A DNA stretch of 64,000 nt. It comes from an uncultured Candidatus Saccharibacteria bacterium. Its GTDB lineage: Bacteria > Patescibacteriota > Saccharimonadia > Saccharimonadales > Saccharimonadaceae. Of this stretch, positions 1 through 8,697 are shown in pieces; the stretch's first letter is position 1, and the number at the start of each line of letters is the position of its first letter. Under the pieces are notes generated by a model, which did not search any database, was not told the DNA's origin, and saw only the letters and a list, made by a program, of their open reading frames with translations. Both the position numbers and the translations under genes were made by a program. The stretch covers positions 2,599 to 66,598 of the forward strand of contig CAMZEB010000003.1 in assembly GCA_947305705.1 (NCBI GenBank), written 5' to 3'.

Positions 1-1
1 C

Positions 2-538
2 GAATATGGTGCGGCTGGTGTTTTGACTGGCTTAGTTTTTAGTATATCGATGCTAGTTCTTTATACGATGTCGGCAATTTATCACGGGCTGAAGCCGCAT
101 CGCTTTGCAAAAAGAGTGATGCAGGTTATTGACCACTGCTCGATATTTCTTTTGATTGCGGGTACTTATACGCCGGTTACTCTGATTGCTTTGATGAAGG
201 TTGAACCTGTGACGGCGTGGGTGATGTTTAGTGTTTTGTGGGCAATGTCGATTCTTGGCATTATTTTGAATTCGATAGATTTGAAGAAGTTTGCGACTTT
301 TTCGATGGCGTGCTACCTAGGCCTTGGTTGGTGCATTATTCTGTGCTTGCCTAGCTTGATGTCGGTTCTTCCAGCAATTGGGACGGTTTTGCTGTTTATG
401 GGCGGTATTATGTATACGATTGGCGCGATGTTCTTTGGCTTGGAAAAAGAGTTCAAATATATGCATTCGGTTTTTCATTTATTAGTGCTTGGCGGCAGCA
501 TCTGCCACGGTATAATGATTCTTCTTTGTATCTTATAG
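2..538 (+). CDS. hemolysin III / PAQR family membrane protein (5' end outside window)
   Basis: Frame open from base 2. Multi-TM protein with HlyIII-type motifs (SAIYHG, DHCSIFLLIAGTYTP, HSVFHLLVLGG). Confidence 0.75.
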   Translation, partial: EYGAAGVLTGLVFSISMLVLYTMSAIYHGLKPHRFAKRVMQVIDHCSIFLLIAGTYTPVTLIALMKVEPVTAWVMFSVLWAMSILGIILNSIDLKKFATFSMACYLGLGWCIILCLPSLMSVLPAIGTVLLFMGGIMYTIGAMFFGLEKEFKYMHSVFHLLVLGGSICHGIMILLCIL

Positions 539-633
539 TGAGTGTGTTATTATAGATAGTATCTTTTGGTGCCTTATGGCGTCGAGCACCTTAAAATCCT
601 ATTCCTAATATCCTATGTAAGGGGGTAAATTGC

Positions 634-1428
634 ATGGTAGATAATGCGTTGATTAAACAGATGCTGAAGAAGGCGGATGCTCATCCGTTCTATTTCGGCG
701 GAGATAATCATTCTTATTTTTGGCGTGTTGCGGAGATTAGCGGAGAAATCTATGCCGAGCGCACCCATGTTGATGGAGAGTCGAACGAGACGCAGGCGTC
801 GTATTCGTACTGCTTAGCGTTCGACAAGAACAACCGAGAAGGTATTTATTGCGACATCGTAATTGATTTCGTGATGTACTATCGTGATTTTTGGTACTAT
901 CACATTGAGAATACGGCATTTAGCGATGTGGCGAGTTGCTACGATGAAGGTCTTTTGGAAATCTTGGACGTGTTTAATAAGAGCTATGCGGAGTTTATAT
1001 CCGATGTGCTTTATTGGTTCTCTATCTCGTTGGAAGTTGAGATAGATGAGAAGTTGGAGACATATAAGTTCAAAGATCCGAGCAGGCTGAGTAGTAATGC
1101 GCGTTTAGCGAAAAAAGTAATAGACCGTTTTTCGGAAGGTGTTCCGATCGTAGTTGAGGTTGGTGACACCACTTTTCTTTGGGAAGCTATAAATATGCGT
1201 AACGAGATATGGTTCAAGCGTGAAGTTCAGCGCGATCACGGTGAGTATATCTATATCACCGATGAGTGGGGTCGTGTTCCGCTTGATGACTCAGATGCTC
1301 TAGAGTCGTTTCGTGATGCAGTTCGGAGTTGTTTCTATATAGATGGCTGGAAGATTATTGAGACCGAGAATAATCTTGGCGATTTCTTGAAAGTGGCCGG
1401 GGTAAATCTTGACGAAATAACTGCTTAG
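634..1428 (+). CDS. hypothetical cytoplasmic protein (264 aa, acidic, Trp/Tyr-rich)
   Basis: Long ORF with SD-like AAGGGGG 8 nt upstream of the ATG and a terminator downstream. No family recognised. Confidence 0.6.
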   Translation: MVDNALIKQMLKKADAHPFYFGGDNHSYFWRVAEISGEIYAERTHVDGESNETQASYSYCLAFDKNNREGIYCDIVIDFVMYYRDFWYYHIENTAFSDVASCYDEGLLEILDVFNKSYAEFISDVLYWFSISLEVEIDEKLETYKFKDPSRLSSNARLAKKVIDRFSEGVPIVVEVGDTTFLWEAINMRNEIWFKREVQRDHGEYIYITDEWGRVPLDDSDALESFRDAVRSCFYIDGWKIIETENNLGDFLKVAGVNLDEITA

Positions 1429-1466
1429 TTTTTTGGAAATACTCGACGCAATAAGGACTGGGATTT

Positions 1467-1508
1467 GCCCGGTTACCTCTAGCAATTTCAGAGGGACCGG
1501 GCTTTTTA
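1467..1508 (+). terminator. rho-independent terminator
   Basis: gcccggt/accgggc stem plus inner cctct/agagg pairing, followed by TTTTT. Confidence 0.6.
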
Positions 1509-1528
1509 TTGCATTTTTGACGATTTTG

Positions 1529-1537
1529 TGCTAATAT
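1529..1537 (+). promoter_or_regulatory. extended -10 promoter (TGCTAATAT) for tRNA-Ala
   Basis: Matches the TGnTAtAAT motif that recurs upstream of genes throughout the window. Confidence 0.45.
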
Positions 1538-1543
1538 AGTTCT

Positions 1544-1571
1544 GGAAGAAAGCGCCCCCCCGCTTTCTTCC
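1544..1571 (+). promoter_or_regulatory. perfect 11-bp hairpin with C6 loop in the tRNA-Ala leader
   Basis: ggaagaaagcg-cccccc-cgctttcttcc, followed by a T-rich tract 19 nt before the tRNA. Confidence 0.6.
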
Positions 1572-1589
1572 TTTATGATTTTTAAATAT

Positions 1590-1666
1590 GGGGCGTTAGC
1601 TCAGCTGATTAGAGCGCCTGCTTTGCAAGCAGGAGGTCAAGAGTTTGAATCTCTTACGCTCCACCA
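1590..1666 (+). tRNA. tRNA-Ala (anticodon UGC), CCA encoded
   Basis: Cloverleaf folded by hand. Anticodon loop ttTGCaa, G3:U70 identity pair, T-loop tttgaat. Confidence 0.9.
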
Positions 1667-1713
1667 TATTATTCGTCGCCGCGTGAGGCGATTTTTTGTG
1701 CTCGTGTTAAAAT

Positions 1714-2628
1714 ATGAATATGAATTATTTTGCTAGTTCAGTAATGGGTTCGGAAAATTCTCATCGAATTGGCGAGAGCTTAGTGGTTGCTCTTGTAACA
1801 TTTGTCTTAATAATTGCCGCAATCATAATATTGCATCTTATCGCGAAGTCTACATTAGAAAAAGAAAAGAAGAGTATTATTGAGTCTGAGCCTGAATTAT
1901 TTAAAAAGATTAAAAGCAATAGTTCGAAGGCGATAATGTCGCTAGATGATTATAAGAGCCTGATAGCCACTCTTGGATTTAATCGAAGAATAGAATGCTC
2001 GAGCGTGGTTGTTTCTAATTCGAGAAATGACCCTGTTAAATATGTAATCAAATACTCTAGTGTCGACTATTCTGTTGATAGTTTGGAGCGACTAGATTAT
2101 TTAAAAAGTATAATTAGTTTATATGAGTCGCTTGTTCCGATGTGGGAAAATGTAGGCCGAAATTATAGAAAAAAACTTCCTCTATTTCTGCATCCTTTTA
2201 TTAGTCGAGAAATGGTGACCGAAATATTATGTGATAATTATAGAAGATTACGTCGTTTTTATTTCCCTTATTTGATTTTTTCTTATACTAGCCCAGCTGG
2301 TCGCTCGCAACGTGAATATAGAGTTTCTTTTTCTTCTAGTCTAATTGGCAGTATTCTTTGCGATGTTAGTGCCGCAATTAATAAGAAGGGACACGCGAAG
2401 AGGCAGAGAGGGGCTATGACGGCTGATTTGCGTGAGGCAATTAAACAGAGAGATAATTATACCTGCCAAATGTGCGGTAATAGCGTTTTAAAAGAACCGA
2501 ACCTTTTGCTTGAAGTTGATCATATTATTCCGGTTTCAGAAGGTGGCGAATCATCTGCTGATAATTTGCAAACGCTTTGTTGGCGTTGTAATCGTATTAA
2601 GGGCAAGAAAACTATTTCAGATAAATAA
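1714..2628 (+). CDS. membrane-anchored HNH endonuclease domain protein
   Basis: N-terminal TM helix (LVVALVTFVLIIAAIIILHLIA). C-terminal HNH motif CQMCG...EVDHIIPVSEGG...NLQTLCWRCN. Confidence 0.7.
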   Translation: MNMNYFASSVMGSENSHRIGESLVVALVTFVLIIAAIIILHLIAKSTLEKEKKSIIESEPELFKKIKSNSSKAIMSLDDYKSLIATLGFNRRIECSSVVVSNSRNDPVKYVIKYSSVDYSVDSLERLDYLKSIISLYESLVPMWENVGRNYRKKLPLFLHPFISREMVTEILCDNYRRLRRFYFPYLIFSYTSPAGRSQREYRVSFSSSLIGSILCDVSAAINKKGHAKRQRGAMTADLREAIKQRDNYTCQMCGNSVLKEPNLLLEVDHIIPVSEGGESSADNLQTLCWRCNRIKGKKTISDK

Positions 2629-3376
2629 TATAGTCTTTGCTTTGTTGTAGTTTTAGTCCGTGTGAATTGGCGTAGTCTATTATTGCTTCGTGTTGCGATG
2701 GGTCGGCTTCGAGTAATAGTGGGCAGCTTGGTGGGGTTTGGTTGATTAGTCTATATATTAATTCGAGGCCGTCTTGCTCGGCATAGAGGGCGGTAGCTGG
2801 TTCGTAGTCTAGTGCCTTATGATCTAGCCAGTCCCAATTTTTATCGACATATGGGAGGTTTGCGATAATGAGGGTGTTCGGTTCTGGTTGGTAATCTTTG
2901 AGTAGATTTGATTTGTAGAAATCGACCTTTGCGTTATGATGGGCGGCATTTTTTTGAGCAATGCGAAGCGCATCATCCGAGATATCTATGGCGGAAATTT
3001 GAGAGTTCGGTAGTTCTAGCGCAAGTGTGATGGCGATGCAACCTGAACCAGTGCCGACGTCGAGAATTGATTTTGGTTTTAGCTCTTTTGAGATGTCGAT
3101 TATTGTTTCGGTTTCGGGGCGCGGAATTAGCACTTCTGGCGTGACGAAGAATTTGCGTCCGTAAAATTCGCGATAGCCAAGAATGTAGGCGAGAGGCTCT
3201 TTGTCGGCGCGACGGCTGCGCTTTTCGTTAATTATAGATGTGTCTGATAATATATCTTCTGAATGTGCCACAAGATAGCTACGGTCTGACACTTTTAGGT
3301 AGTCAGCAAGAATAAGCTCGGCGTCGAGTCGATCGATGATTTGTTGTGATTGTTCGAGCCATTCTGAAATTGTCAT
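2612..3376 (-). CDS. prmC: release-factor glutamine methyltransferase PrmC/HemK
   Basis: SAM motif LDVGTGSGCIA and an NPPY-type motif present as NLPY. Start revised to the ATG at 3376 (MTISEW), 6 nt downstream of TGCTATAAT. Confidence 0.75.
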   Translation of the reverse strand: MTISEWLEQSQQIIDRLDAELILADYLKVSDRSYLVAHSEDILSDTSIINEKRSRRADKEPLAYILGYREFYGRKFFVTPEVLIPRPETETIIDISKELKPKSILDVGTGSGCIAITLALELPNSQISAIDISDDALRIAQKNAAHHNAKVDFYKSNLLKDYQPEPNTLIIANLPYVDKNWDWLDHKALDYEPATALYAEQDGLELIYRLINQTPPSCPLLLEADPSQHEAIIDYANSHGLKLQQSKDYIIYLK

Positions 3377-3382
3377 AATACG

Positions 3383-3391
3383 ATTATAGCA
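3383..3391 (-). promoter_or_regulatory. extended -10 (TGCTATAAT), N6 to the prmC ATG (leaderless)
   Basis: attatagca on the plus strand, with exactly 6 nt to the start codon. Confidence 0.5.
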
Positions 3392-3469
3392 CTTGACCAT
3401 CGTGAAATTTGTGCCATAATTATAATCAGTAGTTTTTCGGTTAACACATAAAAAAGGAGGCGGGTTTTT

Positions 3470-3901
3470 ATGGCGACTGTAAGCTATAGCACTTTTTTGC
3501 GCAAGTTGCATAATGCATTTCATGCAGTATGCCCAATGATTAGTAAGTTCAATATTATGATTATTCCTCAATGCGAAGAGGCGGAAAGGTGGTTGAGGGA
3601 TGATTCCGAAGATGAACGTATGGTTTGTTTGGCAAAATTTGATGATAATTTTGCAGAGATGAATTGGGTAAAAAAGGATTACCCGGTGTTCGGAAATAAT
3701 GTCTCTTACCAGATTGTATGTTTCAAGCGGAGTATTGTGGAACCTTCCGTATTCCCCTGCTGGGCGAAGATTTATATTTCACTGTTCTATGCGAGCCAGG
3801 ATGATATGATCAGAATTCGGCTGGCGTCTTATAGTGTTATAAATGAATTTGTTAAATCGCTCGAAAACAAAGAATACAATTATATTATTGGCGACTTCTA
3901 A
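3470..3901 (+). CDS. hypothetical protein (143 aa)
   Basis: Strong SD AAGGAGG upstream of the ATG and a terminator immediately downstream. Confidence 0.6.
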   Translation: MATVSYSTFLRKLHNAFHAVCPMISKFNIMIIPQCEEAERWLRDDSEDERMVCLAKFDDNFAEMNWVKKDYPVFGNNVSYQIVCFKRSIVEPSVFPCWAKIYISLFYASQDDMIRIRLASYSVINEFVKSLENKEYNYIIGDF

Positions 3902-3908
3902 TCAAATA

Positions 3909-3934
3909 GCCCCGTTTTTAGGCGGGGCTTTTTG
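3909..3934. terminator. terminator hairpin between convergent genes
   Basis: gccccg/cggggc stem followed by TTTTT. Confidence 0.6.
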
Positions 3935-3936
3935 TT

Positions 3937-5190
3937 TTACTTCCAGTTTTTACGCGGTTTGCTGAATAACTTTTTGAAGTTAATTTTTGGCGTGAATTCT
4001 ATCGCATTTTTGCAGAAAATGTAAGTTGCGATTTTCGCGACGAGCAGACCTGAGACAATAATGTCGATGAGGCCGATAAAGTATTCCCAAGTTGGAAGTT
4101 TGCCCATAATGGCGCGAATTAGGAGCGCGATAGGAGCGCTTGGCGGGAAATAACTTAGTATATACGTGAGGGCGTTACTGTCGTTTGAAATGAGTGCGCT
4201 AATGAAGAATATTGGCAAAATTACCGATATTACGATGAAACCGGAATAGGAGTTTGCGTCTTTTGCGGTTGGCGAAATAACGCCAACTACGATACATAGC
4301 GCGGTGAAAAGGAAATATGAGGCAATCAGCAGAATCATATACTGCGCAATGCTAATTGGATCGAATGTGAGTTTGAGCCAATCTGGGAAGATGTTGCCGT
4401 TTTGAGCGATTTTGTAGAGGACGAGCATCGGTATTACGAGCACGATGAGCTGAATAATCCCGACAATCATCATTGAAATGATCTTGCCAATTATGAGCTC
4501 GGATGGCTTTATGCTAGTGAGAATTAATTCGCTGATGCGATTCTCTTTTTCTTCGACCATCGCGGCGGTTAGGCGGCTGCCAAGCACGACGATTAAAATA
4601 TAGAAACAAACGAGTGCTAAGCCTGGTGCGATTATCTGTTTGATTTTTTCGTTTTCGTCAATAACGTGGTCATCGGCGGCATCATAAGTCGTTGTGTCGT
4701 AGCTTACCATATTCGATACGACTGCAAAATCTATGGCGTCGATATTTGCGGCGGCAGTAGTCGCAAGCAGCGTACGAATCGGAGCAGAATAATCGTCGAT
4801 TAAGCTCGATTCGGTCGGTTTGACGTAGATTTCAACCTTTTTTGTTTCTGCGAAATCTTTGCTGATGTAGTAAAAAACGTCCAGTTTTTTGTCTTTAACG
4901 GCGGATATGCCGTCGTTTTTGCTGTCGATTTGTTCGAGCGTTTGTTCTTTTTCGTCTGCGTTCTTGAATGTTTTGATTTTTAGATATTCGGCTTCATCAT
5001 AAACGCCGAGTTTGAGATTTGTCGTGTCGGTTCCTGCACCGATGGCTTCTTCGGCATTGTAGCCAGCAAGTGAAGCGAGACAAATATAAATCGCAAAACC
5101 GACTGGGATTAAAATTGCGGCAATCCAAAAACTAGGTTTTTTGAGACTGCGCATCACTTCGAAACGAATGACTTCTGTAGTTTTACTCAT
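3937..5190 (-). CDS. ABC-2 type transporter permease (NatB-like)
   Basis: N-terminal TM, large extracytoplasmic loop and a C-terminal 5-6 TM bundle. Start set at the ATG at 5190 (SD GAGGAG), overlapping the ATPase stop (ATGAGTAA). Confidence 0.7.
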   Translation of the reverse strand: MSKTTEVIRFEVMRSLKKPSFWIAAILIPVGFAIYICLASLAGYNAEEAIGAGTDTTNLKLGVYDEAEYLKIKTFKNADEKEQTLEQIDSKNDGISAVKDKKLDVFYYISKDFAETKKVEIYVKPTESSLIDDYSAPIRTLLATTAAANIDAIDFAVVSNMVSYDTTTYDAADDHVIDENEKIKQIIAPGLALVCFYILIVVLGSRLTAAMVEEKENRISELILTSIKPSELIIGKIISMMIVGIIQLIVLVIPMLVLYKIAQNGNIFPDWLKLTFDPISIAQYMILLIASYFLFTALCIVVGVISPTAKDANSYSGFIVISVILPIFFISALISNDSNALTYILSYFPPSAPIALLIRAIMGKLPTWEYFIGLIDIIVSGLLVAKIATYIFCKNAIEFTPKINFKKLFSKPRKNWK

Positions 5191-5923
5191 TTGCGCTCTC
5201 CTCTCCATAAATGTCTACGAAAATTTGGTCGAGAGATTTATTATTGAATTCTTTGCGGACTTTTTCGACTGAACCGTAAGCGCGCGCGACGCCGTCTTTG
5301 AGCAAGAGTATGTCGTCGCAGAGTCTTTCGACTTCGTCCATATAGTGGGTAATCATAATAATCGTGCAGCCTTTTTTGTGCTGTTCCTCGATGATTTCCA
5401 TCAGGAGGCGACGGTTAACTGGATCGAAGCCTTTTGTCGGCTCGTCGAGGATTAGTAACTCCGGGTCGTTCATAACGGTGATGCCGAGCTGAACTTTTTG
5501 CTGCATACCCTGCGAAAGTTTGTTGATTTTCGTGTTGGCGAAATCTTGTAAATCGACGCGCTTGAGGTAGTCCATAATCCAAGTTTTTGAGTCTTGGAGA
5601 TTTTTGAGGCGTGCGAAATAAGTCATCACGTCAAAGACGGATTCTTTTTTGTATAGGCCGCGCTCTTCTGGGAGATAGCCGATGCGGACTTCGTTGCCTG
5701 GAGTGAAGGGTTTGCCGTTTATAAGTAATTTGCCTTTGTCGGCTTTGTACAAGCTGAGCAAGGCGCGAATAGTTGTTGTTTTGCCGGAGCCATTACTGCC
5801 AAGGAGGCCGAAGATTTCGCCTCGTTTTACGTCGAAACTAAGATCTTTGATGACGGTTTTTTCGGCAAATGAAATCCCGAAGTGTTTGACTTCGATGATT
5901 TTGTTAGATTTTGATTCTGCCAT
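5183..5923 (-). CDS. ABC transporter ATP-binding protein
   Basis: Walker A GSNGSGKTT, signature LSQGMQQK, Walker B LLILDEPT. Confidence 0.9.
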   Translation of the reverse strand: MAESKSNKIIEVKHFGISFAEKTVIKDLSFDVKRGEIFGLLGSNGSGKTTTIRALLSLYKADKGKLLINGKPFTPGNEVRIGYLPEERGLYKKESVFDVMTYFARLKNLQDSKTWIMDYLKRVDLQDFANTKINKLSQGMQQKVQLGITVMNDPELLILDEPTKGFDPVNRRLLMEIIEEQHKKGCTIIMITHYMDEVERLCDDILLLKDGVARAYGSVEKVRKEFNNKSLDQIFVDIYGEESANE

Positions 5924-5929
5924 ATTTTT

Positions 5930-5938
5930 ATTATAGCA
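5930..5938 (-). promoter_or_regulatory. extended -10 (TGCTATAAT), N6 to the ATG (leaderless ABC operon)
   Basis: attatagca lies 6 nt from the start codon at 5923. Confidence 0.5.
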
Positions 5939-6000
5939 AAATTGCGCTAACAGAGATTTTATTATGCTTATGCTTCACTTTTTTATGGCCGAAATAAATA

Positions 6001-7464
6001 ATGAAACGCATGAAAAAAATATTAATATTTTTCAGTATTGCATTTGTTGCGGCATTTGGAATTTCGTCGAAATGTTATGCGGATTTTTTCGTTGTTGACG
6101 GACAAATATGGCAGTGTTTTGACTTGGAAATTATTTATTTACGTGGTTCAGGACAGACGGTTTACGATTCGGCGGAATATTATGCGCTGAAGAAAGCGGC
6201 AAGCAAAATTACTGACGAATATCGGTTATCTGCGTATGTGAAGGATTTGCGTTACCCTGCCGTGGAAGTTTCTTCGGTTGGCCATTTGATTGGGGCGTAT
6301 ATTTCTGCCGGGAAAGCATTTGAGTTTGGTGATAGCGTGAAGTCTGGTGTAAATATGCTTCGGAATAGACTTATAGATCGCCACGCCGAGTGCCCGGAAA
6401 TGCACTTTGCTTTGGTTGGCTATTCGCAAGGCGCAATGGCTGCTTCGCAATCTGCTGATGCAATAGATCCGAAGTTTATGGAGTTTATAATGTTGCTCGG
6501 TGATCCGAACGCATATTTGCCGGAGGGTGAAGGTTGGTTTCCGTCTGCGTGTTTTGGTGGTGAGTTATCTTCGTGGCGAACATTTGTGCCGAATTGCCGC
6601 ACGTACGAAGGCGTTTTTGGCGGGAGAAAACCGTACGAGATTGGCAGTTTGAGTGGGAAATACTCGCTTTGGTGTAATCGTAATGATTATATTTGTGGTA
6701 GTTCGCGCAATCCTTTTAATAATTCTGGTCATACAATCTACGCTTCTTCTGGTGAAATTAGTTGGGGCATTAGCTATTTGGCGAAGTTATATTTGCGAAA
6801 GAAAGTTGCGGAGGAGTCGATTCCTGAGTTTGAGCCATTACGTTCGATTAAAACTGTTGCTGCGCCTGAGTTTGATAATCGCGAGATTGTGGATGATGGA
6901 ATTGGCGCTGATTTCGCCGCGCCAAAAAATGTGGCCGCGTGGAGAGATGGCGAGGAGTTGAAGATTCGGATAGACGAAAAGGCTGATGGTGCTGAGTATC
7001 TGCTAGTTCGACTGAATGGTGTAGATTTGGCGTATATTGATGCCGAGTCTGGCACTTGGACGATAAATGATATTGCGAGTTTTGATGATTTGAAACTGGA
7101 TTTATTATGGATGAATGGTGATGGAGAATTGGGTGAGAAATATACTACGTTATCAGATTCTCTGCCGGATTCTGAGCCGCCGCCATATTCTGAATCTCCG
7201 ACAGTTGAAGTGATTGAGGAGACTGCTGCTAATGAATTTGTTAATGCTGAAGGAGAGCCGCCGAAGGAAAATAATGTAAAAGGCAATGATGACATTGTTT
7301 CGGAGCTGCCTAGTTCCGCTGAAGATTATAGCGATGACGATGCCCCTACGATTCGTGATGAGGTGAAGGATAGCAATCCAGAATATGCTCGAGTCGCGGT
7401 TGGTTTAATCGTTGCTTGTGGGCTGCTAGTAGCCTTTGCGTTTCGGCACAGAAAAATTATTTAG
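6001..7464 (+). CDS. secreted cutinase-like serine hydrolase with acidic linker and C-terminal membrane anchor
   Basis: Signal peptide, YLRGSGQT, nucleophile elbow GYSQGA, D..C......H region, and tail NPEYARVAVGLIVACGLLVAFAFRHRKII. Confidence 0.55.
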   Translation: MKRMKKILIFFSIAFVAAFGISSKCYADFFVVDGQIWQCFDLEIIYLRGSGQTVYDSAEYYALKKAASKITDEYRLSAYVKDLRYPAVEVSSVGHLIGAYISAGKAFEFGDSVKSGVNMLRNRLIDRHAECPEMHFALVGYSQGAMAASQSADAIDPKFMEFIMLLGDPNAYLPEGEGWFPSACFGGELSSWRTFVPNCRTYEGVFGGRKPYEIGSLSGKYSLWCNRNDYICGSSRNPFNNSGHTIYASSGEISWGISYLAKLYLRKKVAEESIPEFEPLRSIKTVAAPEFDNREIVDDGIGADFAAPKNVAAWRDGEELKIRIDEKADGAEYLLVRLNGVDLAYIDAESGTWTINDIASFDDLKLDLLWMNGDGELGEKYTTLSDSLPDSEPPPYSESPTVEVIEETAANEFVNAEGEPPKENNVKGNDDIVSELPSSAEDYSDDDAPTIRDEVKDSNPEYARVAVGLIVACGLLVAFAFRHRKII

Positions 7465-8680
7465 CTAAGCCAGATAGTGTCGTGGACCAGTTTAAGCGTT
7501 GGCCGATTGATGCCTGGTCGCCGTCGTCGGCTAGGCGAGTAATGCGGTTGCCGGCACTCGTCGTGGCGTGATAGCTATATGACCATTTGGTGGTTGGTTT
7601 AGTGAGTCCGGATTCCAAGATTAAGTCAAAGCAGGATGATTTGTCTTGGAGGCAGGACTCGGCTAGGCTATTCCATTTTTCGAGGTCTTCGACTTTTTCT
7701 GTCGTAATCGTGACATTGCCTTCGATGGCGGCACTGCGTGGGACTTCTGCGTTAAAAGTCTGGTCGAACATAAAATTGCCGACGGAATACACTATAAGTT
7801 TGCCGTTATAGGCTTCACTGTCTTGGACGGTGTGTGGGTGGTCGGCAATGACTGATTCAACGCCATAATCTATTAGGCGGCGATATAGATTTTGCCTGAG
7901 TGTATCGTGCGATTTTTGATATTCTACGCCCATATGCGGCATAGCGATTGTCGGGATAACCGATGCGTATGTTTTGATGTTTTGCTGATAATCTTCGCCC
8001 GGCACGCCGTAGACGCCGTGAGCGCTACAAAAACCGAATGGGAATTTTAGCTCTTTTGTTTCGTTGTTATCGAGGGTGGCGATGACTGGGAGGATTACTA
8101 CGCCACAGTTATTGATGTCTGCCTCATCGTTTGCGTATTCGGTATCTTTTGGATCATTGGCGGTACGTTTTGGCGTGCCAAAATATTGGATGCCATTTTG
8201 CTCGAGATATTTGCGAGTAGTACGTAATCCCTCGAGGCCTTGGTTTCCGGCGTGGTTATTCCCAAGAAGAAAAGCCGTGAAATATTTTGCAGCTTCTGGA
8301 AGATAATCTGGGTCGCAGTTGAATTTAAAGATTTTGTCTTCTTCGTTATAGTTATGCCCTGCGTCGGTCACTGGACATTCGAGCCCGCCAATCCAGGCCT
8401 GATAGGCATCGCGATTGAGTGTATCGAGTTGAGAAAATGGATAATTTACGCCTAATTCTGAAGCACGTGCGCTTTTGTTGGTATTTCTGCCCCAGAATGT
8501 TGTGCCTACGAATAGATATTTTGCGTCCATTTTTACGATTTTTGGATCTGGTGGCGTTTCAATATATTCTGGCTGATTGTCGCTGTCTTTGTTTGACGAG
8601 GATGTGTACGCGAAAAAGGCAAAAGTGCCGGCTGCGATTACGGCGGTGCCGATAATTGCGAAAATAATAGGCTTCTTCAT
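7457..8680 (-). CDS. CapA-family (PGA_cap) metallophosphatase-fold protein, membrane anchored
   Basis: N-terminal TM plus GNNHAGNQG and ADHPHTVQ motifs typical of CapA. Confidence 0.65.
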   Translation of the reverse strand: MKKPIIFAIIGTAVIAAGTFAFFAYTSSSNKDSDNQPEYIETPPDPKIVKMDAKYLFVGTTFWGRNTNKSARASELGVNYPFSQLDTLNRDAYQAWIGGLECPVTDAGHNYNEEDKIFKFNCDPDYLPEAAKYFTAFLLGNNHAGNQGLEGLRTTRKYLEQNGIQYFGTPKRTANDPKDTEYANDEADINNCGVVILPVIATLDNNETKELKFPFGFCSAHGVYGVPGEDYQQNIKTYASVIPTIAMPHMGVEYQKSHDTLRQNLYRRLIDYGVESVIADHPHTVQDSEAYNGKLIVYSVGNFMFDQTFNAEVPRSAAIEGNVTITTEKVEDLEKWNSLAESCLQDKSSCFDLILESGLTKPTTKWSYSYHATTSAGNRITRLADDGDQASIGQRLNWSTTLSGLAK

Positions 8681-8686
8681 AACTAA

Positions 8687-8695
8687 ATTATAGCA
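8687..8695 (-). promoter_or_regulatory. extended -10 (TGCTATAAT), N6 to the ATG (leaderless)
   Basis: attatagca lies 6 nt from the start at 8680. Confidence 0.5.
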
Positions 8696-8697
8696 CT

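Noticed and set aside
3377-3571. Long N-terminal extensions of prmC (to 3571). The same issue applies to murT (to 10700), dnaX (to 27137), the VTC gene (to 33913) and the Gly/Pro/Met-rich gene (to 20535).
   Set aside because: The extensions have no family similarity and run across promoter or SD signals or neighbouring genes. Internal starts coincide with conserved protein N-termini and an SD or a -10-N6 signal.
5183-5190. An identical AATGAGTAA stop/start overlap at two operon junctions: ABC ATPase/permease (5183..5190) and dnaX/dnaB (25740..25747).
   Set aside because: This is ordinary translational-coupling geometry (ATG overlapping TAA). The shared flanking codons are most simply coincidence.
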